Origin: Longimicrobiales bacterium
GTDB lineage: Bacteria; Gemmatimonadota; Gemmatimonadetes; Longimicrobiales; Gaopeijiaceae
Direction: 5' to 3'
Assembly (NCBI GenBank): GCA_965203485.1
Contig: OZ241892.1
Location: forward strand, 205,786-269,785
Length of the DNA: 64,000 nucleotides
Each line of letters opens with the position of its first letter. The stretch's first letter is position 1. Position numbers and translations under genes: made by a program. Shown here piece by piece: positions 21,663-31,227 of this stretch. The notes beneath the pieces are model-generated. The model was not told where the DNA came from and did not search any database. It saw nothing but the letters and a program-made list of their open reading frames with translations.

Positions 21663-21915
21663 AGGGCCGGATCGGGACCGTCGCGAGCGGCGATCCGCTT
21701 CCGAATGGTCCCGTCGCGTTCACGGGGTTCCGCCTCGGGCACGGCTGGGACGCTCGCGGGCAGCGATCTGCTTCCGGGTGGGTCCCATCCGGCCATGGGA
21801 GCGTCCCGAGGGCCGCCTCATCTTTCTTCCGGGGGCGCCGAGGCCCGCGGCTCGGGCGGGACGACTCGCCGCGCGCTACTTTCTTGACCGAACCAATCCG
21901 CCGGAAGGAACGATC

Positions 21916-22392
21916 ATGGAGTACTGGGCCGCAACGTTGACGACGACGGTGATCGTCGGGGGAGCGACGCTCAGCCTGGGACGTTGGTTCGGCAGTCGCC
22001 TTGCGGAGATGAGGGAGGACATGGACCGTCGTTTCCGCGAAGCGGGGGAGGACATGGACCGCCGCTTCGCCGAGGTCGACCGCCGCTTTGGCGAGGTCGA
22101 CCGCCGCTTCGGCGAAGTTGACCTCCGCTTCGGCGCAGCCGGAAGAGATGCCGACCGCCGTTTCCGGGAGACGATGGGACTCATTCAGCGTCATGCCGAG
22201 GAAAACAGGGAGGCGCACGCGGCGATCGGGCGGAGCATCAAGGATTCCGAGACGCGCATCGTCACGGTCATGAACCAGCGTTTCGAGGACGCCGGCAAGC
22301 GGGTCGACGAGATGAGCAAGCGGATCGACGATCTGCGGTCCACGGAACTGATTCAGGACCTGAGAAAGCACTTCGGTTCTTCCGGCGGCTGA
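21916..22392 (+). CDS. Small membrane-anchored coiled-coil protein with DRRF heptad repeats
   Basis: ATG preceded by 'GGAAGGA'. It has an N-terminal TM helix 'AATLTTTVIVGGATLSLG' and six copies of 'D(R/L)RF', four of them as exact 7-aa tandem units. Confidence 0.65.
   Translation: MEYWAATLTTTVIVGGATLSLGRWFGSRLAEMREDMDRRFREAGEDMDRRFAEVDRRFGEVDRRFGEVDLRFGAAGRDADRRFRETMGLIQRHAEENREAHAAIGRSIKDSETRIVTVMNQRFEDAGKRVDEMSKRIDDLRSTELIQDLRKHFGSSGG
22057..22140 (+). repeat. Four in-frame 21-nt tandem repeats (GACCGCCGCTTCGSCGARGTY), encoding DRRFxEV
   Basis: Units lie at 22057, 22078, 22099 and 22120. Degenerate copies lie at 22024 and 22153. Confidence 0.85.
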
Positions 22393-22405
22393 GGCGCCCA
22401 GACTG

Positions 22406-22951
22406 GTGCGGGAGGGGCGAGAAACGAATGCCGTGGAGCTGACCGGCCGGCCGGTCAGCGGCGGCAAGGCCCAAGCGCGGCTGCTCGTGCTGAGCGAGCC
22501 TCTGAGCTTCTGGGGCGGCGTCGATCCTCGCTCAGGGCTCGTCGCGGACCCGCGCCATCCGCATCACGGCGAGAGCCTGCAGGGCCGCATCCTGGTGATG
22601 GAACGCACCATCGGCTCCAGCTCGTCGAGCGCGATCATGCTGGAAATGCTCCGCTCGAGCACCGCGCCGTCCGGGATCGTGGTGGGTGCGCCCGACGCCA
22701 TTCTGGTGCTGGGCGTCCTGGTCGCCGAAGAGCTCGGCTATCCCACGATACCGTGTCTCGAAATCGGAACTGGCGCCGCCCGGCGGTTGCGGCGACAAAG
22801 CGGATCCTGGGCGGAATTGCGGGACGACCGCCTGAGCATCCGGCCGAGAGCGAACCGAACCGGCCGAGTTGCGGACAACGGGGCGGAAGTTGCGCAGACG
22901 CAGCCTGCGCACCCCCGACTTAGCGGCCGATGGAGTCCAGCGGAAGGCTGA
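22406..22951 (+). CDS. Aconitase X swivel (small) subunit, DUF126 family
   Basis: GTG at 22406, 14 nt after the upstream stop. 'GKAQARLLVLSEPLSFWGGVDPRSG...GESLQGRILVMERTIGSSSSS' is the DUF126 pattern. The C-terminal tail is longer than usual. Confidence 0.7.
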   Translation: MREGRETNAVELTGRPVSGGKAQARLLVLSEPLSFWGGVDPRSGLVADPRHPHHGESLQGRILVMERTIGSSSSSAIMLEMLRSSTAPSGIVVGAPDAILVLGVLVAEELGYPTIPCLEIGTGAARRLRRQSGSWAELRDDRLSIRPRANRTGRVADNGAEVAQTQPAHPRLSGRWSPAEG

Positions 22952-23522
22952 CGTTCACCCCGCAGAAATCGCCCGCGACCGTTCCCGAGAGAACGAGTTC
23001 TCCGTCGGTTCCGATCTCGCCGCGACCGGTCAAGTCCATGTCGAGTGGGCACGAACCGGCCCGGGACGGGTTCGCGACCCGCCAGTCGAAGCCGCCCGTG
23101 ATCTCGTAGGCCAAGTCTATGGACTCGAAGAAGCCGTGAACGATGGTCGTCCCTTGCTGGTTCACGCCGGGGGCGCCGTCCAACGTGAAGACGACATCGT
23201 CGACATCCATGCCGCATTGCGTGAGACCCATGACAAGGTTTACCGCGAGGATGCTGTCGGCGAGGGGATCGGGAGCGACGGACCCGGATACGGCGGCAGT
23301 TCCTCCGCGGGGGCATGCGAACGTCGTGTCGGACACAGGGGGGCCGACTGCCGTCAATCTCGCAATTCCGTACGCCAACCCCGTGGCCTCGGCTGGGGAA
23401 AGCGAGTCCTCGGCAGCAGGTTCGGCGTTGTTCCCGCACGCCGACAGCGCGGTCGCGCAGGCAAACGCGGCGATGGCGCCGGTCTTCTTCCGGTCGGGAG
23501 CGGGCGCAGTGCAGCGAATCAT
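22920..23522 (-). CDS. Hypothetical lipoprotein
   Basis: Signal plus lipobox 'AIAAFACATALSAC'. 200 aa with good GC3. I recognise no family. Confidence 0.6.
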   Translation of the reverse strand: MIRCTAPAPDRKKTGAIAAFACATALSACGNNAEPAAEDSLSPAEATGLAYGIARLTAVGPPVSDTTFACPRGGTAAVSGSVAPDPLADSILAVNLVMGLTQCGMDVDDVVFTLDGAPGVNQQGTTIVHGFFESIDLAYEITGGFDWRVANPSRAGSCPLDMDLTGRGEIGTDGELVLSGTVAGDFCGVNVSLPLDSIGR

Positions 23523-23559
23523 GGAGTCCTCTCGTCTCGAGTTGGGGCAGACCGCGACA

Positions 23560-24735
23560 TCAGGGCAGAACGTAGCGCTCCAAATGCTGCATTCCGAGTT
23601 CGTCCGTGTGCACTACGTAGGCCCTGCCGGGGCCGAAGGCCGCGACCCGGCGGCCCGGACGCAGGTGAACCCGGGCCTCGCGCTCGCCCGACGGGCCGAA
23701 CAGGTCGTAGGCCGACGCGGCGTCGGCTCCCGTGTGCACGCGCACCCAAGCGCGGCCGACGGAGTCGACCCTGATCGGCGAATCGTAGAAGGGGGGCAGC
23801 GCGTCGGGCCAAGGCTGGGCGTCGAGATCGGTGTTGGACGGTCCGCCTCGCGACGCCTGCACCGACATCCCGCCGTCGCTCGACTCCGAAATGCCTATGC
23901 TGAGGGAACTCCCGGAGCTGGTTGCCAGCCATTCCTCCTTCTCTTCTCGGCCGATGGGGAGCGGATCGTATTCGACCGGCGGGCCGTGCACGATCGAACC
24001 CTCGAGCATGACCCACTCGACGCTGTAGTCTTCGGCGCGCGCGATCACCAACCTGCCGTCCTCCGCGACGCCCCACGCGTCGGCCGGCGACAACGGAACC
24101 TGCCGCACGGACGCTCTCCGGTTGTTCTCGGGGCCGGACGAGGTCCGAATTGTCGAGGGCGTCTTGATGCGCGCCAGCGAATCGACGGTCCCGGTGGCCA
24201 GGTCCACGCGCAGCACGTAGGCGGAGTCCACGCCCGTCCGCATTCCGCCAAAACCGCGGAGATAGACGCGGCCGTCGCGGTCCACTGCGTTCGGCAACGC
24301 CAAGATGAGCGGCCGGCCCGGCGTCATGCCGCCGACCACGAAGGAGCGGGAGTCCTCGAACGCCAGGTCGGGCCCGAGTTCCGTGAGCCTCGAGTTGCCC
24401 AGGTCCACCAGCAGCGTCTTGCCGCCGGGCAGCGGCCACACGGCGTCCGGCTGCATGTACTCGTCCGGGCCGGGGCCGACCCCCCCGAGCGTGTCCGCCG
24501 TGCCGGCCTCCATGTCCGCGAGCGCCAGGACCTGGCCCAGCGGATCGGCCACGAGGACTTTGCCGTCCGGCATCTCGCGCACTGTGCGCACGAGCGCGAA
24601 CGCCTCCGGGAAGACGGCGTCCGGATCGTCCATTTCCAGATGGCTCGCGCCGCCCCCGTCCATCGGCCCTCCGTCGGCGCAACCGGTTGCCAAGATGGCC
24701 GACGCAACCAGCGCCCGTCCCGTCCTCTTCGTCAT
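23560..24735 (-). CDS. Hypothetical lipoprotein, probable beta-propeller
   Basis: Lipobox 'ASAILATGC'. Repeated 'DG.v.v.D' strand-like motifs. 391 aa. Confidence 0.65.
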   Translation of the reverse strand: MTKRTGRALVASAILATGCADGGPMDGGGASHLEMDDPDAVFPEAFALVRTVREMPDGKVLVADPLGQVLALADMEAGTADTLGGVGPGPDEYMQPDAVWPLPGGKTLLVDLGNSRLTELGPDLAFEDSRSFVVGGMTPGRPLILALPNAVDRDGRVYLRGFGGMRTGVDSAYVLRVDLATGTVDSLARIKTPSTIRTSSGPENNRRASVRQVPLSPADAWGVAEDGRLVIARAEDYSVEWVMLEGSIVHGPPVEYDPLPIGREEKEEWLATSSGSSLSIGISESSDGGMSVQASRGGPSNTDLDAQPWPDALPPFYDSPIRVDSVGRAWVRVHTGADAASAYDLFGPSGEREARVHLRPGRRVAAFGPGRAYVVHTDELGMQHLERYVLP

Positions 24736-24784
24736 CTTCTCTCCGTTCTTCGCTTGTGTCGAGCCTTCTCTCCGCCCGTTGCCG

Positions 24785-26971
24785 CTACTTGACGAACAAC
24801 ATATCGCGGTAGTTGGGCAAGGGCCACATGTCGTCGGGGATCACGGCCTCCAAGCGGTCGACGACGTCGCGGACCGCGTTCATGGCCGGAATCACGTTGT
24901 CCCTCATGTGGATCGTCTTGGACGCCATGTCGGCGCCCCCCAGCTCGGCGTTCTGCATGTCCAGCGCGTCGAGCGCGGCCACCAGTTCGTCCACGAGTGC
25001 CCCGGTGCGCCGGGCGGAGGCGGCGAGTCCCTCGGTCGCGAGCCCGGCCCGGTCGGCCTTGTCGCAGGCCGACAGCAACTGGTCGAAGTACCGCACCGCG
25101 GCGGGAAGAATCATGGTGCGGCCCATGCTGGCCGCGGTCTCGCCCTCGATGTTGACCCGGATGAAGTACTGCTCCAGGCGCACTTCGAGGCGCGACTCCA
25201 GCTCGCGCGGGCTCAGCACGCCGAACTTCTCGAACAGCGTTCGGTTCTTGGGCGACGCCATGGCCGGAAGGGCGTCCACGGCGGTGCGCAGGTTGAGCAG
25301 GCCTCGCCCCTCGGCCTCGGCGACCCATTCGGACGAATAGTTGTCGCCGTTGAAGACGATGCGCTTGAACGACTTGGCCTCGCGCGAAAGGAGCTTCCGC
25401 AGTGCGTCCTTGCGGTCGGCGCCCGAGTTGGCGGCTTCCTCCAGCTGCTCGGCCAGCTCGTCGATGGATTCGGCCACGACCGCGTTCAGGACCGTCGCTG
25501 GAAACGACACGCTGATCGACGACCCCAGGGCCCGGAACTCGAACTTGTTGCCGGTGAACGCGAACGGCGACGTGCGGTTGCGGTCGCCGGAGTGCTTGGG
25601 CAGCACCGGCAGCACGTCCACTCCCAGGCCCAGCAGTCCTTCGCGGCGTTCCGCCTGGGCGGACCCGGCCCGCTCGAGCTGCTCGAATACGTCCTGTAGC
25701 TGGTCGCCCAGGAACACCGAGATGATCGACGGCGGCGCTTCGTTGGCGCCGAGGCGATGGTCGTTGCCGGCGCTGGCGATCGAGGCGCGGAGCAGGTCTT
25801 GGTGGCGCTCGACCGCGCGCAGGACCGCGGTGCAGAAGAAGAGGAACTTCTCGTTGTCGTGCGGCGTGTCGCCCGGCTCGAGCAGGTTGCGGTCGGCAGT
25901 GCCGAAGGACCAGTTGAGGTGCTTGCCGCTCCCGTTGAGGCCCGCGAACGGCTTTTCGTGCAGCAGGCAGACGAAGCCGTACTTGCGGGCGTTCTTCTCC
26001 AGGATGCGCATCATCAGCTGCTGGTGGTCCGACGCCACGTTGGCGTTCTCGTGCACGGGGGCCATCTCGAACTGGTGCGGCGCGACCTCGTTGTGGCGCG
26101 TCTTCATCGGAACGCCGAGGCGGTAGAGGGCGACTTCCACCGACTGCATGAACGCGAGCACGCGGTCGTGAATGGAGCCGAAGTAGTGGTCGTCGAGCTC
26201 CTGTCCGCGCGGGGGCTCCGCTCCGAACAGCGTGCGGCCGGCGGTCATCATGTCGGGCCGCCGGTAGTAGAACTCCTGGTCGATCAGGAAGAACTCCTGC
26301 TCGGGCCCCAGACTGGCCGTGATCCGTCCGCTCTCCTCGCCGAAGAAGCGCAACGCGCGGCGGGCGGCGCGATCCAGCGCATCCATCGACCGCAACAGCG
26401 GAATCTTCTTGTCCAGGCTGTCGCCGGCCCAGCTGGAGAAGGCCGTCGGGATGCACAGGAAGGTCGCGGCCTCGCCCTCGAGGATGAACGCGGGCGACGT
26501 CGGGTCCCAGGCGGTGTATCCCCTCGCCTCGAAGGTGGCGCGCAGGCCGCCGGACGGAAACGACGAGGCGTCGGGCTCTCCCTGCACCAGCTCGGTGCCG
26601 CCGAACGCGGTGAGCGCCCTGCCCTCCTCGCCGACCTTGAGGAACGAGTCGTGCTTCTCGGCCGTGTTGCCGGTGAGCGGCTGGAACCAGTGCGTGTAGT
26701 GGGTCGCGCCGCGCGCGAGCGCCCACTTCTTCATGGCGTCGGCCACCGTCTCGGCGATGGAGGCGTCGAGCGGGCTGCCGTCGCGGATCGTCGCGGTCAG
26801 CCGGTCGAAGACGTCGCCCGGCAGGAAGGCTCGCATTTGGGGGACGCCGAAGGCGTTCTCGCCGAACAGTCGCTCCAGGTAGCCCGGATCGGCGGGGCGG
26901 GAGGTCTCGGGATCGGGTCGCCAAGTCTTCGCGGCCCTCAAGGAGTCGAAGCGTCCTTGGGTGGTGATCAT
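24785..26971 (-). CDS. glnN: Type III glutamine synthetase
   Basis: 728 aa from ATG 26971, preceded by 'GGAGA'. Blocks 'THYTHWFQPLTG', 'GGLRATFEARGYTAWDP', 'MKTRHNEVAPHQFE' and 'NGSGKHLNWS' are GSIII-typical. Confidence 0.9.
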   Translation of the reverse strand: MITTQGRFDSLRAAKTWRPDPETSRPADPGYLERLFGENAFGVPQMRAFLPGDVFDRLTATIRDGSPLDASIAETVADAMKKWALARGATHYTHWFQPLTGNTAEKHDSFLKVGEEGRALTAFGGTELVQGEPDASSFPSGGLRATFEARGYTAWDPTSPAFILEGEAATFLCIPTAFSSWAGDSLDKKIPLLRSMDALDRAARRALRFFGEESGRITASLGPEQEFFLIDQEFYYRRPDMMTAGRTLFGAEPPRGQELDDHYFGSIHDRVLAFMQSVEVALYRLGVPMKTRHNEVAPHQFEMAPVHENANVASDHQQLMMRILEKNARKYGFVCLLHEKPFAGLNGSGKHLNWSFGTADRNLLEPGDTPHDNEKFLFFCTAVLRAVERHQDLLRASIASAGNDHRLGANEAPPSIISVFLGDQLQDVFEQLERAGSAQAERREGLLGLGVDVLPVLPKHSGDRNRTSPFAFTGNKFEFRALGSSISVSFPATVLNAVVAESIDELAEQLEEAANSGADRKDALRKLLSREAKSFKRIVFNGDNYSSEWVAEAEGRGLLNLRTAVDALPAMASPKNRTLFEKFGVLSPRELESRLEVRLEQYFIRVNIEGETAASMGRTMILPAAVRYFDQLLSACDKADRAGLATEGLAASARRTGALVDELVAALDALDMQNAELGGADMASKTIHMRDNVIPAMNAVRDVVDRLEAVIPDDMWPLPNYRDMLFVK

Positions 26972-27197
26972 TGTCTCCGTGGCTCTTGGGGGTGGGGTGG
27001 ATGGAGGCCGGGGTCGGCGGGCGGGGTGCGCGCGTCGGTGCGCGGACGACGGCGGCTGACTAGGCCGCGTCCATGACGTAGTGAGGACTGGCGCCTTGCT
27101 CGTGCTCGCGCGGGCCGTTCGTTTGGATAAAAGATGGGGCCCGGCGGACGGAAGCGGAAGCACTTTTGGCAGTATTTCATTTAAGTTATTTTTGATT

Positions 27198-28751
27198 ATG
27201 ATATTCGACTTGGCCAAGGATCGGCTTCGGGGGCTGGCCCGGCGGGCAGGGCCCGTCCTGGCCTCGGTGGAAGGGCGTCCTGGCCTCTCGCCTCTGCCGT
27301 TCGTGCTGGAGGCGACGCAGTCGTTCCGCCGGGTCGTGTTCGAGCCGCCGGGGCTGAGCGACCGAGCCAATCTGGCGGCCTTCGCGGAGCAGGTCCGTCC
27401 CCTCGTGAGCGATGCCCGGGCGGCCTCGCCGCGACGGCGGACGGACGTCTGGAACCTGCCTGCGTGGGACCCGTGGTCGTCTGCGCCTGCGGCGTCGGCG
27501 CTTCCCCGAGAGTGGCCCGGCCTGCTGGCCCTCCTGCCGCGGTCGGCGCCGCTCACGCTGGTGATCAACGAGCCGGACGGGCTCGCGGCGGTCAACCGGA
27601 GGTTCTGGCGGCTCTTGGGCGACGCGTGGCTGGCCGCTCGCCGCCGGGGCCAGCGCGTCCACGTCTTCCTCGTTCGGGCCGAACGCGGGCTCGGCCGCCG
27701 GCTGAACGCGCCCGGATCTCCCTTTCGCGAGCCCAGCGCGGCCTTGGGATCCCGGCCGGTCGCCGATCCGGCCGAAGTCATGGAGGTCGGCGTCGGCAGC
27801 CACTACGACTTGGCGAGCGCGTTCCCCGAGTGGCGCGGCCGGCATCTGCTGCTGGGCTGGGCTCTCTTCGGCGGCCTTCCGAGCACGTGGGCGGCGGTAC
27901 GGAGCGTCGCGGAGCCGAACGCGAACCCGCCCTTCGGCCCGGCGGACGCGCTGCGCGCCTGCTTGGCCCGCGCGGACAGCCCGCTCGCGTCGGCGCCCAG
28001 GGACCGCCTCGAACGGCGAGTCCAGAAGGTGTCCCGCTACGCGTCGATCCTGAGCGCGGTGGCCCAAGGCGCCGCCAGCTGGGGCCAAGTGTCGGCGGCT
28101 CTCGGCGCCAGCGCGCCCGGCGCGGCGGGCCCGTACCTGCACCGGCTTCGGCGCTTGGGCCTGATCGACGCCGAGCGGCCCTTGGGAGCGTCTCGCTCCG
28201 GCCGGCGCACGCGCTACCGCTTGGCCGACCCCTTCGAGGCTCTCTGGTGGTCCGCGCTGCACCCGTTGCGCTCGGCGCTCCTGACCCCGGGCGGCGCCGA
28301 ACGCGCTTGGGCCGACCGCCTGGAACCCGCCCTGCAGGCGGTTCTCGCTGCCGCCCTGCCGGCGATCTGCCGCAACTTCCTCCGCTTCGGATGCGGGGCT
28401 CTGCTGGGCGCCACGGCGCGGCGCGCAGGGCCGTTGTGGGGAGACGACTTCGACTTCCCGGCTGCCGCGACGCTCGAGAACGGCGCCGTTTGCCATGCCC
28501 ACGTCCATGCGGGTCCGGGACCCGTGGAATCCTCCGCCCTTGAGGCGCTGGAAGGCGAAGTGCGCAGGTGCCCCTACGGTCGCGGCCGCCAATCCCGCTT
28601 TCGCCTTCTCGTGTCGCTCGGCGGCTTCGCGGAGCCGCTCCGCCGAGAAGCCGCCCGCAATCCCCTCGTCCGCCTAGTCGGCGCCGAAGTTCTCGGGGCG
28701 CCCCCCACCTCGGTTGCGCCGGAAGTGTTGCGCTCGACCAGGGGGGCATGA
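27198..28751 (+). CDS. Arch-ATPase/DUF234-family homologue lacking a Walker A P-loop
   Basis: The central and C-terminal regions follow the family pattern: 'LTLVINEPDGL', the wHTH 'YASILSAVAQGAASWGQVSAAL...YLHRLRRLGLIDAERP...RYRLADPFEALWW', and a DUF234-like tail. Where GxxGxGKT is expected, the sequence reads 'VFEPPGLSDRAN'. Confidence 0.5.
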   Translation: MIFDLAKDRLRGLARRAGPVLASVEGRPGLSPLPFVLEATQSFRRVVFEPPGLSDRANLAAFAEQVRPLVSDARAASPRRRTDVWNLPAWDPWSSAPAASALPREWPGLLALLPRSAPLTLVINEPDGLAAVNRRFWRLLGDAWLAARRRGQRVHVFLVRAERGLGRRLNAPGSPFREPSAALGSRPVADPAEVMEVGVGSHYDLASAFPEWRGRHLLLGWALFGGLPSTWAAVRSVAEPNANPPFGPADALRACLARADSPLASAPRDRLERRVQKVSRYASILSAVAQGAASWGQVSAALGASAPGAAGPYLHRLRRLGLIDAERPLGASRSGRRTRYRLADPFEALWWSALHPLRSALLTPGGAERAWADRLEPALQAVLAAALPAICRNFLRFGCGALLGATARRAGPLWGDDFDFPAAATLENGAVCHAHVHAGPGPVESSALEALEGEVRRCPYGRGRQSRFRLLVSLGGFAEPLRREAARNPLVRLVGAEVLGAPPTSVAPEVLRSTRGA

Positions 28752-28829
28752 CTCGATTCGCGCTGCTTGCAAGCCTGCCGGTCGGCGCCGGCGCCCGCTT
28801 CGCGTCCTGGACGTTGCCGATGCCCGTCG

Positions 28830-30530
28830 TCAGCCTTCCACGGCAAAGTGCGTCATCATTCCCGCGTGCAAGTGCTCCGCGATGTGGCAGTGCAGCATCC
28901 AAGCGCCCGGGTTCGACATCTCGACGAGAATGTCCATCGTGGACCCTACCGGGACGATCGCCGTGTCCTTCCACGCGAGGTTGTCGTTGGGCACGTCGTC
29001 GCGGGCGAGGACGACGAAGCGCTGCCCGTGCACGTGCACGGGGTGGTTCATGGGGTGAAACGAGTTGGGCGAGTTGAAGACGCGAATCTTCACTAGGTCG
29101 CCCAGCTTGAACCGCCACTGAATCTCTTCGTTCTCCCGGCCCGTCTCGGCGTCGCGAAGAATCCACTTCACCTGCGTGCCCGTCGACAGCCAGTTCATCA
29201 TCGGCATGGCGTCGTTCCATTCGACGGGGGGCACGTAGAGCGTGTCCGCTTCCATCGAGCGCACGATCGGCAACGGGAGACCCTGCACGCGGACGTCTGC
29301 GACCAGGGTGTGATCGGGCGGGCGGGCCACGTGTGCGCGCAGCGGAGCGAGCTCGGCGGCGACGGCCTCGTTGCGGCGCAAGACGGCGTGCGCTTCGGCG
29401 ACGGCGTCGCGGACGGGCGGGCCGGAGACTTCGACCAGTGCGAGCGTGTCCACGCGCGGATAGAACTCGCCGCGGAAGTGGTTGACGGCCTGGATCGTGT
29501 TGGCGATCGCGACGCGCCCCGCCTCGGGGAACGAGACGTCCACCACGTAGCGCTCGGCGGGAGCGACCACGACGCTCCGCACCCAGGTCTCCCTCTCGAA
29601 CAGGCCCACGTCGGACGCCACCAGCTTCACGCTCGCCGAGCCGAAGGTGACGTTGAAGGTGCGCGTGTTGGCCACGTTGGTGATGAAGAAGCGAATCACC
29701 TCGCCGGGGGCCGCGTCCAGCGAATGGCCGGTCGCGCCGTTGACCAGCATCACGTTGCCGAACCGGCCCATGAGCGCGTGCGTGGGAGCTTCCTTGCCCC
29801 ACGGCGCCAACCCCTGCTCGTCCATCAGGATGTCGTCGAGCGCCAGCAGCTCGTCGCGGTGGGCCGGCCCGTAGTGCTCCGGGTCGGGCGACGAAACAAG
29901 GAGGTTGCCGTACAGGCCCAGGTCCTGCTGCACGTCCTCGCGCACGTGCGGATGATACCAGAACATGCCCGCGTCGGGGACCTTGAGTTCGTAGGTGAAG
30001 GACTCGCCGGGCTGGATCGGCGCTTGCGTGAGGCCGGGCACGCCGTCGAAGCGGTTGTCGAGGCGAAGGCCGTGCCAGTGAACCGTCGTCGGACCCTCGA
30101 TCCGGTTGGTGACCCGCACCACGACGGTCGATCCCTGCGCCGCATGGATGAAGGGGCCGGGGTGCTGGCCGTTGTATCCGTACATCGCGGCGACGTGTCC
30201 GCCCAACGCGCGGCGCACGATCGACACGTCCACGTCCAGCGTGTCGCCATGCGCCATCCGCACGACTTCGCTGGGACGCGCTTCGGGCAAGTCGGCCAAG
30301 TCGACGCCCTCTCCCGCCAGGAATGCGCCCACCGGCGGCTGCGCTCCCGCCAGTCCCGGCAACATGGGCATGTTCGGGTCCATCGGCGGCATCCTCCACC
30401 CGGTCGCGGCCGTGTCGTGCCCGGCGTGCGCTCCATGTTCCATCTGCTGGGCTGCGACGGGGAAAGGAAGCGTCCCTGCCGCGACGAGCCCTGCGCAAGC
30501 GAGCCCGCGCGTCTTCGCGCGACCTGTCAT
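28830..30530 (-). CDS. Multicopper oxidase (CopA/CueO-like)
   Basis: Four copper-binding motifs: 'VHWHG', 'WYHPH', 'HPVHVHG', 'HCHIAEHLHAGMM'. The N-terminal stretch after the signal is Met/His-rich. Confidence 0.9.
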   Translation of the reverse strand: MTGRAKTRGLACAGLVAAGTLPFPVAAQQMEHGAHAGHDTAATGWRMPPMDPNMPMLPGLAGAQPPVGAFLAGEGVDLADLPEARPSEVVRMAHGDTLDVDVSIVRRALGGHVAAMYGYNGQHPGPFIHAAQGSTVVVRVTNRIEGPTTVHWHGLRLDNRFDGVPGLTQAPIQPGESFTYELKVPDAGMFWYHPHVREDVQQDLGLYGNLLVSSPDPEHYGPAHRDELLALDDILMDEQGLAPWGKEAPTHALMGRFGNVMLVNGATGHSLDAAPGEVIRFFITNVANTRTFNVTFGSASVKLVASDVGLFERETWVRSVVVAPAERYVVDVSFPEAGRVAIANTIQAVNHFRGEFYPRVDTLALVEVSGPPVRDAVAEAHAVLRRNEAVAAELAPLRAHVARPPDHTLVADVRVQGLPLPIVRSMEADTLYVPPVEWNDAMPMMNWLSTGTQVKWILRDAETGRENEEIQWRFKLGDLVKIRVFNSPNSFHPMNHPVHVHGQRFVVLARDDVPNDNLAWKDTAIVPVGSTMDILVEMSNPGAWMLHCHIAEHLHAGMMTHFAVEG

Positions 30531-30558
30531 CGGAGTCGTGCCGTGCCTGGAGCGCGCG

Positions 30559-31227
30559 CTATTCGTAGCCGTAGGCGGCGCAGTTCTCCTGCTCGAACGC
30601 GCCGTGCCCCGCCATCGTGTGCATCATCCCGGAACGCGACATGCCGCGAACGACGACCGGGCCCGTCCAGGCCGTGGCGCCGGGGTCGAATTCGGGCTCC
30701 AGCGTGATCACGACCAGGAACTTGTTCCATGCGACGCTGCCCTTGAAGATGCCGGGATCCTCCAACGGGCCCGCGACGGCCACTTGGTCCAGCGCCGGCG
30801 TGGCGGTCCAGACGACGAACACGCCCTGCGGCGGCAGCCTCAGCCGCTCGAAGCGCAGCGCGAAGTCGTACTCGTAGCTTCCGTCCTCGCCCAGCGCGAC
30901 GCCGAAGGGAGAAGCCGAGAAGGCGACCTCGCCGGTGCCCGTCGCTGCGGCGGTGCCCGGAACGCGCCTCGTGGAGACCATCGGAAAGCGATAGTACTCG
31001 GGCCCGCGAATGTTCGTCGCGCCGCACGGCCCCGGGACGGCCGTCGCCGCCGGTTCCGCCGCGTCGCCACCCGGCGTCGCCCCCGAAATCGCGGCGGCTC
31101 CGAAGCCCAGCGCCCCCAGCGCGACGAGCCGTCTCGCCCGGGCGCCGGCGCGCCGCCGTGCCGCACTCGTGCCGGCCGCGGCCGCAGGAAGCTCCTGCCG
31201 CGACGCCGTCTTGCCGCCGGCCGTCAA
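30559..31227 (-). CDS. Hypothetical secreted protein
   Basis: TTG at 31227 overlaps the upstream stop (TTGA). Arg-rich n-region plus 'LVALGALGFGAAAISGA'. The family is unknown and the start is uncertain because there is no ATG. Confidence 0.45.
   Translation of the reverse strand: MTAGGKTASRQELPAAAAGTSAARRRAGARARRLVALGALGFGAAAISGATPGGDAAEPAATAVPGPCGATNIRGPEYYRFPMVSTRRVPGTAAATGTGEVAFSASPFGVALGEDGSYEYDFALRFERLRLPPQGVFVVWTATPALDQVAVAGPLEDPGIFKGSVAWNKFLVVITLEPEFDPGATAWTGPVVVRGMSRSGMMHTMAGHGAFEQENCAAYGYE

Noticed and set aside
27166-27181. TGGCAG...TTTCA motif in the glnN divergent region, considered as a sigma-54 promoter.
   Set aside because: The -12 element is not GC-containing at the correct spacing on either strand.
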